DNA of 64,000 nucleotides from Candidatus Iainarchaeum sp. Its GTDB lineage: Archaea > Iainarchaeota > Iainarchaeia > Iainarchaeales > UBA10191. The position numbers were made by a program, and so were the translations under genes. This document shows positions 37,254 through 47,614 of this stretch, in pieces (within the stretch, counting starts at the first letter, position 1; the number at the start of each line of letters is the position of its first letter). Location: assembly GCA_030649735.1 (NCBI GenBank), contig JAUSFL010000044.1:14038-78037 (forward strand), written 5' to 3'. The notes below the pieces were generated by a model. It searched no databases and was not told where the DNA came from. It worked only from the letters and a program-made list of their open reading frames with translations.

Positions 37254-38525
37254 ATGGAAGAAAACGTTTTCGACCCGCATGGTTTGACCAAGCGAATGGA
37301 AGCAGAATTACGAAAGATTTCCTTGCTTCCAGAACCCAATAAATCTCTAATTCTGGATTTTTTGCACAATTACAGGTACAAAAAGAAGTCTTTGAGCTTG
37401 GCCAGGCGTTGTCGTTTGGCAAGCCAGTTTCACTTTTTTGCCAAGCTTTCAGGAAAGCCTTTGAATCCTTTTAGAGAACAGGATGCTCGAAGCTTGGTTG
37501 GCTTGATTGAAAGGTATGAGAATTCTCGAAAGCCTTATTCTTTGCATACTTGGAAAGAAATCGTAAAGAATGTTAAGATTTGGGTTAAATGGGTTAATCC
37601 TGAAGACTACCCTAACGTTTTGTTGAAGTGTAAAGATGTTTTAACAGTCCAAAACCCTTACTCAGACCCTAAAAGAAAAGCCAGTCTTGAGGATTTCTTG
37701 ATTACTGACGAAACCTTCCTGAAGCTTTTGAATGTAGCCAAAGACCAACAAAAAGCCATTCTAGCCATTGGATTTGGCTGCGGTTCAAGAACTGGAGAGC
37801 TCTTGGGTTTGCGTAGAAAAGACTTGAAATTCAATCCTGACGGAACAATATCGCTTTCTTTTCTTGAAAGCAAAACTTTTCCCCGAGAAAATATTTTATT
37901 AAGTCCAGACTTATCCTGTTACGTGCGAGAATGATTTGAAAAAAGCCCGTTGAAAAGCCAGAATGACTTCTTTTTCTGCACTGTCAACGGCCCGCCAAAA
38001 CCACTATCTCAAAACGCTCTTGGAATAATCCTAAAACGCCTGGCTGTCAAAGCCGGCTTAGGAAAATGGAAGAAAGTCAAGTCAAGCAATGGCATTTGGT
38101 ATTCTCACTATCAAGGCCAAAGAATCTATTTCACTAAATTCCGGCGTTCTGCAGCAACTTGGGCTTTAAAAAACTTGAAAAGCCACGCCTTAGCTGGCAA
38201 AAGAATCTGGGGTAACGAAGCTTCAAGCATGATTAAAATTTACTCTGGATTAGTTTCTGAAGACGCTAACGAAGCTTACAGGGAAGCTTTAGGTTTAGCA
38301 CAACCAACTCAAGTCGAAAACATTCTGAAGCCTAAAACCTGCTTCAAATGCCATACAATGCTTTCTCCAACTCAAAGCCTTTGCCCAAACTGTAAAATAG
38401 AAACAGACACTTCAAAATTAATAGATACTCAATTACTGAAAGAAGCAGAAATGACAGCCTTAAGGGAAGAAATGAAAATGCTCCAAACAGCACTAGCGCA
38501 AATAACCCTAAAAATGCAAAGTTAG
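37254..38525 (+). pseudogene. int: Tyrosine recombinase/integrase interrupted by one in-frame TGA (37932-37934); N- and C-parts in the same frame
   Basis: Core-binding N-domain; catalytic box GCGSRTGELLGLRRKDL (Arg) upstream of the stop; KFRRSAATW and KIYSG (Tyr) downstream. Junction reads YVRE*FEKSPLKSQ; the stop is a single transition from TGG (Trp). Strong SD AGGAGGT 8 nt upstream. Confidence 0.75.
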
Positions 38526-38532
38526 GCACTAC
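38522..38532 (+). repeat. Dispersed element copy (11/12) supplying the TAG stop of the integrase
   Basis: CAAAGTTAGGCACTACG; the stop codon is at 38523-38525. Confidence 0.7.
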
Positions 38533-38785
38533 GCCGGAACTAAAAAAGCAATAAAAAAGCTTCAAAAGCTAAGAAAAACAGTAAAAATAATGATTGCGCC
38601 AATCAAAGCAAAATAATGTTACAAAAAAAGGAATACGAGCTGAAAGAAACAACCTATTGGTTGAAAGGAGGGAAAATCCAGCTAAAAATTTCCCCCGAAT
38701 AAAAGATTATTCTTAGAGTGTGGATCCAAATCAATAAGCTCGCTCATTAAATCTTCAATTTTTTTGACAATCATTTTCAAGATTA

Positions 38786-39691
38786 TTATTGATTCCATTT
38801 CCTTTGCGTTTCTATTTTAGCGTGTAGTTTAAACTTTTTTCTGAATTGATTAATTTTTTCTTGAAAATCTTTTGGGTAGGTCTTAGATTTCTCGTTGAAT
38901 AAAAATTTTAAATATCCTACTTTTTGTGGATTTACTCCTATTAATTGGGCCAGTGTAAAGTCACACATGAATGGGTTATCGGATGCTAGCGCCCAATTGC
39001 AATTTATTTTGGTTCCAAACAGCGGTCCATTCCCCTCCATGCCTAGATAGCCATCAATTATTGAATAATTTGGATACGCTTTCTTGATTAAACTGGCCAA
39101 ATTATAATGAATTAATTTAATACTTTGCAAGTATTCTTTTCCTTTTAAGGTGTGTTTTCTCAAGCCATGAATTTTCACTCGATCTTCTGGTTTGATTAAT
39201 GGCATTACAAAGTTTTTGGTTGAACTTGTCATAATAGCGTAATCATGTGACTTTGGAACTGTCATTGATATCAAAATATCATAATCTAGAAAAGTCCGAT
39301 TAATTCTAACTTTATCCCACCCATAAATGGTTTTAACTGGGTGGGAGAAATATTCTGAGTCCAAATTTAGATCAACAAAAGATGCTCCGTGTTTTTGAAT
39401 GATGTCCCAAACGCCAAATTTTTTGAGTGTTGATTTGGTAGTAAGCCCTTGTTGCCAGGACTCGCCGCTTCCTTCAGCCACTGTAATTTTAGATGGGTGG
39501 TGTTCTGTTAAGATTTGTAAAACAGTGTCTAGCGATTCTGCAGAGGTATCTGCTAGTTGGGTATTGCAAGAAGTAAAATTTGGTTTTATAAAAATAGATT
39601 TATCCCGTATTTTGTCGTCTGAGAATAGTTTTGGAACTATTGAACGTATGTTTTCAACTCTGTTTTTGCCGCCAGTCAACAAAATTTTCAT
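38786..39691 (-). CDS. DUF362-family protein
   Basis: IFIKPNF... and overall DUF362-like pattern; first gene of a minus-strand pair with the kinase. Confidence 0.45.
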   Translation of the reverse strand: MKILLTGGKNRVENIRSIVPKLFSDDKIRDKSIFIKPNFTSCNTQLADTSAESLDTVLQILTEHHPSKITVAEGSGESWQQGLTTKSTLKKFGVWDIIQKHGASFVDLNLDSEYFSHPVKTIYGWDKVRINRTFLDYDILISMTVPKSHDYAIMTSSTKNFVMPLIKPEDRVKIHGLRKHTLKGKEYLQSIKLIHYNLASLIKKAYPNYSIIDGYLGMEGNGPLFGTKINCNWALASDNPFMCDFTLAQLIGVNPQKVGYLKFLFNEKSKTYPKDFQEKINQFRKKFKLHAKIETQRKWNQ

Positions 39692-40371
39692 GCATTCACT
39701 TTAATTAATTTTGGGTGGTTATAATTTGCATTGTTTATAACTAAATTGGCTGCTTTTTTTGGGTGGTTTTTTCTAAGGTACCATTGTTGGGCTGGTTTGT
39801 GCCAATGGTTCCACCGAAATATTACTTCTTTTCTGGAAATTTTTCTCACAATTGGCTCTCTTTTAAGTTGCCGTTCAAACGAGCATGAAAATGGAATGTC
39901 TAAAAAAATTCTGAACGCCGGTATCTTGCTAAATTCCTTTTTTGATAGAAAAACGCCCTCAACGATTAAAATTGATTCTTTTTTGACTTGTATTTTTTCC
40001 TTTTTTTTCTTGGTTTTATTGTTAAATATTAAGGATTCTTTTTCTAGTTTGCCTTTCTGAATGAATGTTGTTAGAATTTTTTTTATGGTTATAAAATCAA
40101 ACCATTGGCTATAATATGCTTTCCAGGAAGATTTTCCGTTTCTGATTCTCTTGGTTTCGGTTTTCAAAAAGTCATCCACCCGTAATTGGGTGGATTTTAT
40201 CGCCTTGCTGTAAAGGCTTTTTTTTAGATTGCGGGCAAAGTATGTTTTTCCGGATGCGTCTATTCCGTCCACAAAAATAATGGTTTTCCCACTCTTCAAA
40301 AATGAGTTTACTACCATTGTCATTATTGAATCTGTTTTCCTATTTGGCCAATTCTGTTGGGGCATAGACAT
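39688..40371 (-). CDS. P-loop nucleoside/nucleotide kinase-like protein
   Basis: Walker A VDGIDASGKTYFARNL, ~200 aa. True start probably a few codons downstream of 40371. Confidence 0.5.
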   Translation of the reverse strand: MSMPQQNWPNRKTDSIMTMVVNSFLKSGKTIIFVDGIDASGKTYFARNLKKSLYSKAIKSTQLRVDDFLKTETKRIRNGKSSWKAYYSQWFDFITIKKILTTFIQKGKLEKESLIFNNKTKKKKEKIQVKKESILIVEGVFLSKKEFSKIPAFRIFLDIPFSCSFERQLKREPIVRKISRKEVIFRWNHWHKPAQQWYLRKNHPKKAANLVINNANYNHPKLIKVNA

Positions 40372-40405
40372 TTAAAGAATATAATCATTAATAAAAGCTT
40401 CCGAA

Positions 40406-41749
40406 TTGAATGATTCTATGCAAAAAAGATTGACGGAGAAAATCATACAAGTTGTTCTGAAAGATTTGATTCATCAGCCCACCAATAGTAAAAGCCGCGC
40501 TGAATTGATTTTAGACTGCTTGTTTGAAGGAAGAAAGGGGATTAGCTGGGATTTTCGTTGCGATTTGTATTTCTTTTTTCTGAAAACGATTGTTACTAAA
40601 ATGATGAAAGAGAACCGGGAGCTCATTGATACTGTGAAAAAAGGTTACTGCGATTATTCTATTTTTAAAAAAGCGCTTAACAAGGCCCTCAAACTTTATC
40701 TTACCAGTATTGTGGAATATGGAATCACAACTCCCCAAAAATTTAGCTTTCCATTCCTTGTGGAATTTGAACTCACTAATAAGTGCAATTTGGCGTGTAA
40801 ACATTGTTATGCAAATGCTGGTAAAGAGCTGGCTGATGAAATTAATACTCAAGAAGCAAAAGAAATCCTTAACCAGCTAAACAATATAGGTGTTCCAATA
40901 GTCTGTTTCACTGGCGGAGAGCCCTTTCTAAGGGCAGACTTCTTTGAATTACTTGAACACTCTAATAAAATAGGCCTCTTGACTGTTATAACTAGTAATG
41001 GAACCTTGATTACAAAGGAAAGTGCAGCCAGACTCAAAGAATTGCAAGTGGAATATATTAGAATCAGCTTGGACAGTGCAACCCCTAAAACGCACGATTG
41101 GCTAAGGGGAATGCCAGGAGCCTACGAGCAAACCATTCAAGGAATAAAAAATTCTATCCAAGCTGGAATCAAAACCGGAGTCACTACAGTTTTGATTCAA
41201 GAAAACTCGTCAGAAATGGAACAAATGATAGAACTTTTGAGCCAATTAGGGTGTTCAGATTTTACTGTGTGCAGGTTGTTTCCATTAGGTAAAGGAAGTT
41301 CGTTGCAAAATAGTTTGCTTAACAAAGAAGAATTGAGTAAAGTGGAATCTCGCATTTCGGCAAAAGCAAAAGAGCACCCTAATCTTTTGATGAATCCTTT
41401 GACGCTGGAAGGCAGAATCCATTCAAAAAAAGACATGCTACGGAAAATAACAGACATGATTGGAGGCTGCCCTGCCGGATTAAACGTATGCGCCATTACT
41501 CCTAAAGGGGAAATAAAGCCTTGCGCGCTAATGTCTATAACCGCGGGGGATTTTAAAAAACAAAAGTTTGAAGAAGTCTGGAAAAACAGTCGGTTATTTA
41601 ATGAACTTCGGGATCGCTCGCTGCTTAAAGGAAAATGTTCCGCTTGCGAATTCAAATTTTCGTGCGGTGGTTGTCGTGCAACCGCATATGGTTATACTGG
41701 AGATTACCTTGAGACAGACCCCATCACATGCATGTTACGTATAAAATGA
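40406..41749 (+). CDS. Radical SAM enzyme with C-terminal SPASM domain and ~115-aa N-terminal extension
   Basis: CNLACKHC (CxxxCxxC) and a SPASM Cys cluster (CPAG...C...CSACEFKFSCGGCRA). Confidence 0.8.
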   Translation: MNDSMQKRLTEKIIQVVLKDLIHQPTNSKSRAELILDCLFEGRKGISWDFRCDLYFFFLKTIVTKMMKENRELIDTVKKGYCDYSIFKKALNKALKLYLTSIVEYGITTPQKFSFPFLVEFELTNKCNLACKHCYANAGKELADEINTQEAKEILNQLNNIGVPIVCFTGGEPFLRADFFELLEHSNKIGLLTVITSNGTLITKESAARLKELQVEYIRISLDSATPKTHDWLRGMPGAYEQTIQGIKNSIQAGIKTGVTTVLIQENSSEMEQMIELLSQLGCSDFTVCRLFPLGKGSSLQNSLLNKEELSKVESRISAKAKEHPNLLMNPLTLEGRIHSKKDMLRKITDMIGGCPAGLNVCAITPKGEIKPCALMSITAGDFKKQKFEEVWKNSRLFNELRDRSLLKGKCSACEFKFSCGGCRATAYGYTGDYLETDPITCMLRIK

Positions 41750-41770
41750 CTCCGCTAATGGGATGATAAT

Positions 41771-43123
41771 GTGAAAAGAATACAGAACCTGATTGGAAGC
41801 GCTATAATCAAATCCGCGTTATTTGATTTGTCCAAACCAATAGGGGTTTTAAAGAAAAGCCGTGCTGAACTCATTTTAGACAGACTCTTTGAAGAAAAAA
41901 AAGAGATTGATTGGGACATTAAATGCCGAATTTATTTTTTTCTCTTGAATCAAATAATGGCTAAAATGATTAAAGAAAATAAGATCACGATGCAAACTGC
42001 AAAGAAGTTTTTTCAGGATTACCCTATTTTTAGAAGAATACTCAATAAAACGCTTAAACTATTTCTTCAGAGCATAACTGAATACGGGATTACTATGCCG
42101 CAAAAACTTAGTGCGCCATTATTGGTAGAATTTGAGTTGACTAATAAATGTAATCTTGCATGCAAACACTGTTATGCAAATTCTGGAAGCAAATTTGCAA
42201 AAGAACTGGATTTAAGAGAAGTAAAAGAAATCCTGAACCAAATCAACCAAGCCGGCGTTCCTTTAGTGTGCTTTACTGGCGGCGAACCACTTCTAAGGCC
42301 GGACTTCTTTGACATTTTGAGCCATGCTAAGCGCATTGGTCTTGTTACTATTGTTACAACCAATGGGACTCTAATCACAAAAGAAAAGGCCAGAAAGTTC
42401 AAAGAGCTTGGAACAGATTATATCCGCATTAGTTTGGATGGGGCAAGTATAAAAACACATGATTGGCTGCGTGGAATTCCTGGCGCGTATAAAAGAACCG
42501 TTCAAGGAATCAGAAATTCCATTGAAGCAGGAAACAAAACCGGAATAGGCACAGTTCTAATTCAAGAAAACGTGCATGAACTTGAAAACTTGATTGATCT
42601 GGCAGCTCAATTAGGTTGCACTGACATAAACGCAATTCCGCTCATTGAAAGCGGTCGGGCAAAAAGCACTTTGAATAAAGAGATTCATGAAATGAGCAAT
42701 GAACAAAAAAAGAAAAACGAAGAGTTGATAGTTGCAAAAGCCAAAGAATATGAGGGAAAAATGCTGCTTAATTTTTTGGATTTAGATCATATTCGCAGGG
42801 TAAAAGGTTCATCAAAGCATTTTGTTGGTTGGGCTCAAGGTGGTTGCGCTGCAGGGCGAACAGTTTGTGTCATAAACCCCAATGGAGAAATTCGGCCATG
42901 TATCACTCTTAGATTGAATGTCGGAAGCCTGCAAAAACAAAAGTTTGTAAAGATTTGGAAAAATTCCAAAATAATGGAAGAACTTAAAAACCGTTCTCTT
43001 GTAAAAGGAAGTTGCGGCAAATGTGAATCCAAGTATACTTGTGGGGGATGCCGCGCTGCAGCTTATGATAAATTTGGGGATTATCTTGAATCAGACCCTG
43101 GTTGCTATGTGCGATACTTTTGA
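41771..43123 (+). CDS. Radical SAM/SPASM enzyme, paralog of 40406-41749
   Basis: Same architecture (CNLACKHC; C-terminal CGKCESKYTCGGCRA); recognisably similar along its length. Confidence 0.8.
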   Translation: MKRIQNLIGSAIIKSALFDLSKPIGVLKKSRAELILDRLFEEKKEIDWDIKCRIYFFLLNQIMAKMIKENKITMQTAKKFFQDYPIFRRILNKTLKLFLQSITEYGITMPQKLSAPLLVEFELTNKCNLACKHCYANSGSKFAKELDLREVKEILNQINQAGVPLVCFTGGEPLLRPDFFDILSHAKRIGLVTIVTTNGTLITKEKARKFKELGTDYIRISLDGASIKTHDWLRGIPGAYKRTVQGIRNSIEAGNKTGIGTVLIQENVHELENLIDLAAQLGCTDINAIPLIESGRAKSTLNKEIHEMSNEQKKKNEELIVAKAKEYEGKMLLNFLDLDHIRRVKGSSKHFVGWAQGGCAAGRTVCVINPNGEIRPCITLRLNVGSLQKQKFVKIWKNSKIMEELKNRSLVKGSCGKCESKYTCGGCRAAAYDKFGDYLESDPGCYVRYF

Positions 43124-43145
43124 GATTGGGAAAAAGCGTGATTGA

Positions 43146-44360
43146 ATGGAATTATATATTGAAAGAGCAAAAGGAGTTTGGCTATACGGCCAGAATAATG
43201 AAAAGTATTTGGACGCGTGTGCTGGGACGTTTAACATAATTCTTGGGCATGGGGAAGAACGAGTAATGGACGCCGTCCAAGAACAATTGGGTAAAATGGT
43301 TCAATATTCTTCTTCTTGGAAAAGCCATTTAGTTGAAGATTTCTCAGCAAACCTTTTGTCAATATCTCCAAAAAATTTGGACTCCTGTTTTTGTAAAGTT
43401 ACTGGGGGAAGTACTGCAAACGAAGTGGCCATTAGAATGTTGGCAAAAAATTTAAATAGAAAAAAAGTGATCTTGATGGAAGGCAGCCATCATGGGAATA
43501 CAATTTTTCTTTCAAACAATCAATCTGTTTTGAATGAAAATAATAAAATCTTTGTGAAAATGCCTAAACTTTCCTTTCCATCCATGTCTAGCATGAATGA
43601 TTCGGCATGGGCAAAATCCGCTGCTGATTTGGACTTTTTATTTAAAAAACACTCAAAAGAAGCGGCTTGTTTCATAATTGAACCAATTCAAGGCCGAGGT
43701 GGAAATCTTGTACCCCCAAAGTCATTTTTTAAAACGGTTTCAGAATCAGCTTCAAGGTATAGTATACCCATAATTGCCGATGAAGTGCAAGTGGGTGTTG
43801 GCCGAACTGGAAAGTTTTTTGGAAGTGAAGCTGTTGGCTTGTTACAACCAGATGTAATTGTCTTGGCCAAAGGAATCACTGGGTGTGGTTTTCCTTTAGG
43901 CGTAATTTTATATGACTCAACGTATGGAAAATTGGAATCAGCAAAAGACGGTTTTACTTTTGGATCCAATCTAGTTTCAGTTGCGGCAGCCAAAAAAACA
44001 GTGGAAATAGTGAGCGATCCAAAGTTTTTGCAGGAAATCCAATTTAAAGGAGAATATTTGCGAGCCAAGCTTGAAAAGCTGCAACTTGAGCACAATTCTT
44101 TGGAAGATATTCGCGGCATTGGGTTGTTTTTTGGCATAAAACTGAAGTCTGGAAAAGAATTTCCAAGCACTGAACGCATGATTGCAGTTCTTGCTAAAAA
44201 TGGGGTAATCTGCCGGTCAAGCGAAAACGTTCTTAAAATTAGACCGCCCCTTGTAATAACTTTGGAACAAATTGATTTTTTATGTAAATCATTGGAGGTG
44301 GCTCTGAATGAAACAGAAAGAAAAACTAAATTGGCAAATGGAATTCTTGCGCATGGGTAA
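43146..44360 (+). CDS. Class-III (omega) PLP-dependent aminotransferase
   Basis: IADEVQVGVGRTGKFFG, PLP-Lys region VLAKGITGCGFPLG, ~400 aa. Confidence 0.8.
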   Translation: MELYIERAKGVWLYGQNNEKYLDACAGTFNIILGHGEERVMDAVQEQLGKMVQYSSSWKSHLVEDFSANLLSISPKNLDSCFCKVTGGSTANEVAIRMLAKNLNRKKVILMEGSHHGNTIFLSNNQSVLNENNKIFVKMPKLSFPSMSSMNDSAWAKSAADLDFLFKKHSKEAACFIIEPIQGRGGNLVPPKSFFKTVSESASRYSIPIIADEVQVGVGRTGKFFGSEAVGLLQPDVIVLAKGITGCGFPLGVILYDSTYGKLESAKDGFTFGSNLVSVAAAKKTVEIVSDPKFLQEIQFKGEYLRAKLEKLQLEHNSLEDIRGIGLFFGIKLKSGKEFPSTERMIAVLAKNGVICRSSENVLKIRPPLVITLEQIDFLCKSLEVALNETERKTKLANGILAHG

Positions 44361-45297
44361 ACTCCTTCGAAAAGAAATCACTTCATTGAAACAGTTTAAC
44401 GAACGGCAAAAAATTTCTGGAATTAGCAAATCAGGAGATCCCCAATTTAAAGTGGATAATATTGCTGAAAACTTTCTTTTAAAACAAATAAAAAAGATTT
44501 CCAAAAAAACAAGCATTGCTTATTTTTCAGAAGATAAAGGCCTTGTTCGTTTTGCAAAAAACCCAGAGTATTTGCTGATTTGCGACCCAATTGATGGATC
44601 AAGACCGTTCTCAGCTGGTTTTGAGTCAAATAACTTTTCGATTGCACTTGCAGAAACAAATGGTAAAGACCCCACGGATTTAACATTTGCTCAAATAGTC
44701 TCGGGTTTTTTATTGGAACTGAAAACCGGAGAATATCTTTTTGCGGAAAAAGGAAAAGGAGTTATTCAAAACGGAGCTAAATTTCAACCTAAACCCACTC
44801 GTTTTAATAGCAATAACTTGAACCAATTGTTTTGGAGTTTTGAATTCAATGGAACCCCCTCAAGAATTGTTCATGAAATACTGGGTGATTTGATTGATAC
44901 TTCAGCAAATAAGGGGGGCATTTTTGTTTTCAATTCTGGAAGTTATTCAATTTCAAGAGTGATTACTGGCCAACTTCACGCATATATTGACATTGGAAAT
45001 TTGGTTTTGAAGAAATTTCCCGAACTTGAAAAAGAATTCAAATCTGTAGGTTCGGGATCAATTCTGCACTTGTTCCCGTATGACATTGCAGCCTCCTACA
45101 TTATTGCAAAAGAAGCGCACATAAGCATTGCAGATGCTGCAGGAAATTCATTGGAATCTCTTTCCCTAACAGATTTATCTGCACAAAATCAAACTTCTTG
45201 CGTATGCGCGCTGAATGAAAAGCTATCCAAGAAACTAATTAACGAGATTTCTGTAAACCTAGAAAAAAAACGAAAACAAATCGCTGAAGAACAGTGA
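44308..45297 (+). CDS. Inositol-monophosphatase-family (IMPase/FBPase-like) phosphatase
   Basis: LICDPIDGSRPF (DPIDGT-type motif). Start probably 44338 or 44353. The 3' end overlaps the convergent gene by 59 bp. Confidence 0.7.
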   Translation: MKQKEKLNWQMEFLRMGKLLRKEITSLKQFNERQKISGISKSGDPQFKVDNIAENFLLKQIKKISKKTSIAYFSEDKGLVRFAKNPEYLLICDPIDGSRPFSAGFESNNFSIALAETNGKDPTDLTFAQIVSGFLLELKTGEYLFAEKGKGVIQNGAKFQPKPTRFNSNNLNQLFWSFEFNGTPSRIVHEILGDLIDTSANKGGIFVFNSGSYSISRVITGQLHAYIDIGNLVLKKFPELEKEFKSVGSGSILHLFPYDIAASYIIAKEAHISIADAAGNSLESLSLTDLSAQNQTSCVCALNEKLSKKLINEISVNLEKKRKQIAEEQ

Positions 45298-45874
45298 ATA
45301 AAGCAGCTATTGCGAGTAGAAGCAACACAACGCCAGCCATTTGGCTATCGAATAACAGCAAGATAAAAATTAGAACGAATAACATGCATCTTTCTCCTCT
45401 TTGAATTAACCCATGCATATTGTCAAGTTGTTTTCGCCAGTTAGGGTTGCTGTATGATGCATGCGACTTGGCAAAACTGGTTAAAAAAACACCCAAAATG
45501 CAAGTAAAAATTATATAATTCCAAGAGATAAAAAAACCAAAAAGGTTGACAGAATTCAAATTTAAACTCCACAATCCAACTAACAAAAGAAAGTCAACCA
45601 GGATATCAGATAACCCATCAAAATAATCGCCAAAAGGAGTTTGTTTTTTCAAATATTTGGCTATACTCCCATCAAAAATGTCAAACAGAAAAGAAAGCGA
45701 AAAAAGAATACCTCCTAAAAGAATTTGCTTCTCAACTAAGCTTAGAAAACCGCTAAACCCAAGCACAACTGCCAGTAAAGTCCATTGATTAGGGGATAAA
45801 GGCACGATCGAAAGCATTCTCCCAACAGATTGTTCTAACTCAACCAATTGCTTATCAAATAACCCTTTAATCAT
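45239..45874 (-). CDS. CDP-alcohol phosphatidyltransferase
   Basis: DGSIAKYLKKQTPFGDYFDGLSD matches D-G-x2-A-R/K-x8-G-x3-D-x3-D; multiple TM helices. Confidence 0.8.
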   Translation of the reverse strand: MIKGLFDKQLVELEQSVGRMLSIVPLSPNQWTLLAVVLGFSGFLSLVEKQILLGGILFSLSFLFDIFDGSIAKYLKKQTPFGDYFDGLSDILVDFLLLVGLWSLNLNSVNLFGFFISWNYIIFTCILGVFLTSFAKSHASYSNPNWRKQLDNMHGLIQRGERCMLFVLIFILLLFDSQMAGVVLLLLAIAALFTVLQRFVFVFFLGLQKSR

Positions 45875-46622
45875 TTGTAATGCCGCCCAAAAACAAAATA
45901 AATTCTGGAATTTTAGTAATCTTTGGAAATAGTTGCCCTGTCTTTTGTTGGTATATTACATATTCTTTCCCAAATCTTTGAATCAAATCTTTCTCCTCAA
46001 TTGAAATCCACATCAAAGCAGTTAAGCACACTGCTAAAAACGATAATAAACCAAATAAGCTCGGACTAATAATGAAAAGTCCAAAACAAACCACGACTGC
46101 TATTCCCAAAAAGGGATGGCGAATAAACCGAAAAACCGAGTTCTGCTTCAATTTAAAACTAGAAGGAAAAAATGAGCCCATAACATATATTTCTTCAACA
46201 GAAAAGACTTTTACTGCCTTCTTCCAAATTAACAATGCAATCAAGAATAAGATAAAACCCGCAACGAAATTCACTGGGTGAATTTGTTTTATATTTCCAG
46301 CAAAAAAAGGAATTAGTAAAGCAGAATACCACAAACACATTCCAAAAAAGAAAAAAGGCAGTGCATGACGATAATTTAGTCTTTGATCGCCCGTCTTTTT
46401 TGAAAAACCATGCGCTTTCTTCCAGAGCAAAAAACTAAGCGCGCAATAAACTAACGATTGTAAAAACGGTATAAAATCAAATTTTATAATCGCGTTTGGT
46501 ACAAATGCAAATAGAAAAGCAAAAATAAAAAGCGCAAACAACAAAAAGTAATATCTTGGAGGAGAAATCTCCGGAACTAAATCAAATAAACGCAATTTTT
46601 CCTCACGAATATTCACGGGCAA
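45867..46622 (-). CDS. ICMT/PEMT-family membrane methyltransferase (isoprenylcysteine carboxyl / phospholipid methyltransferase-like)
   Basis: RFIRHPFLGIA...IEEKDLIQRFGKEYVIYQQKTGQLFP signature; polytopic. Confidence 0.65.
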   Translation of the reverse strand: MPVNIREEKLRLFDLVPEISPPRYYFLLFALFIFAFLFAFVPNAIIKFDFIPFLQSLVYCALSFLLWKKAHGFSKKTGDQRLNYRHALPFFFFGMCLWYSALLIPFFAGNIKQIHPVNFVAGFILFLIALLIWKKAVKVFSVEEIYVMGSFFPSSFKLKQNSVFRFIRHPFLGIAVVVCFGLFIISPSLFGLLSFLAVCLTALMWISIEEKDLIQRFGKEYVIYQQKTGQLFPKITKIPEFILFLGGITND

Positions 46623-47614
46623 ATAACCACCTTTACCGCAGTTGATTCTCGTGCAAACCTTCTTGATGCAAAATCATATCCAAGAACTTCAAAAGCTTCC
46701 CGATAATCTTTCAAACCAAACTTGTGAGTAATAATGTCTTTGCCCCTAATTCTTGGCAGTAACTTGATCGCTTGTTTAAATGTACCAGAGTCCATATTGA
46801 CTCCAAGAATATCCACGTTCTTTTGAGCAATCAAAAAAGGTTCAATCTTCTCAACATGCCCTGGACTCATTCCAAATAACACTAACTTGCCAGCAGGCTT
46901 GACCAAGCGAACCCCCAGCTCAAACGCTTGCCCAGAAGAATCAATCACAAAATTAAAACCATTCGATTCATCCCCCTGGCAAATTGTTATCCCAAACTTT
47001 TGAGCAAAAGCACACCTAAACTCGGACTTTTCAACGCCAAAAACTTTTATTCCCCTCAATCTAAAGAGTTCAGCCCAAATCAACCCAGTAGGACCAAGAC
47101 CAATAATACACGCTGTTTGATTCTTTTTGATGTTAAGCCGATTAAAACCATTCAATATACACGCCAATGGCTCAACCAAAGTAGCTTCTTCAAAGCTAAT
47201 ATTATCAGACAACTTATACACATTACTTTCTCTGATTTTCACAAAAGCAGCAAATGCCCCGTTGATATTAACACCCAACTCACCATTTCCGCCAGTACCT
47301 AAATTTTTACACAAATTCTGCTTTCCATCAAGACAAAACTCACAATTCCCGCAAGTTAGTGTTGGATCAGCAACTACCATATCCCCAATTTTAAATCGCC
47401 TTGCTTTATTCCCTGTTGAAGTAATTACGCCGGAAAATTCATGACCCAGAACAATATTATCTAAACAACCCATAATCCCTGAAACAATCTTTAAATCAGA
47501 CCCGCAAATTCCGCAACAATTAACCCTAATCAGAACCTCATCTGGTAAAACGGCTGGCATGGGAAATTGGCTCACTTCCAGACTACTCTTTTTAGACAAA
47601 CACAATGCATCCAT
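46613..47614 (-). CDS. Zinc-dependent medium-chain alcohol/polyol dehydrogenase
   Basis: GHEFSGVI, Cys-rich structural-zinc loop (CGNCEFC), Rossmann IGLGPTGL. Start taken at MDALCL; the ORF track extends to 47668. Confidence 0.82.
   Translation of the reverse strand: MDALCLSKKSSLEVSQFPMPAVLPDEVLIRVNCCGICGSDLKIVSGIMGCLDNIVLGHEFSGVITSTGNKARRFKIGDMVVADPTLTCGNCEFCLDGKQNLCKNLGTGGNGELGVNINGAFAAFVKIRESNVYKLSDNISFEEATLVEPLACILNGFNRLNIKKNQTACIIGLGPTGLIWAELFRLRGIKVFGVEKSEFRCAFAQKFGITICQGDESNGFNFVIDSSGQAFELGVRLVKPAGKLVLFGMSPGHVEKIEPFLIAQKNVDILGVNMDSGTFKQAIKLLPRIRGKDIITHKFGLKDYREAFEVLGYDFASRRFARESTAVKVVICP

Noticed and set aside
37932-37934. In-frame TGA in the integrase as evidence of an alternative genetic code (UGA=Trp/Gly)
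   Set aside because: TGA functions as a stop in this locus (gatC/gatA and gatA/gatB ATGA overlaps), so a code change is unlikely; nonsense mutation or readthrough is more parsimonious.
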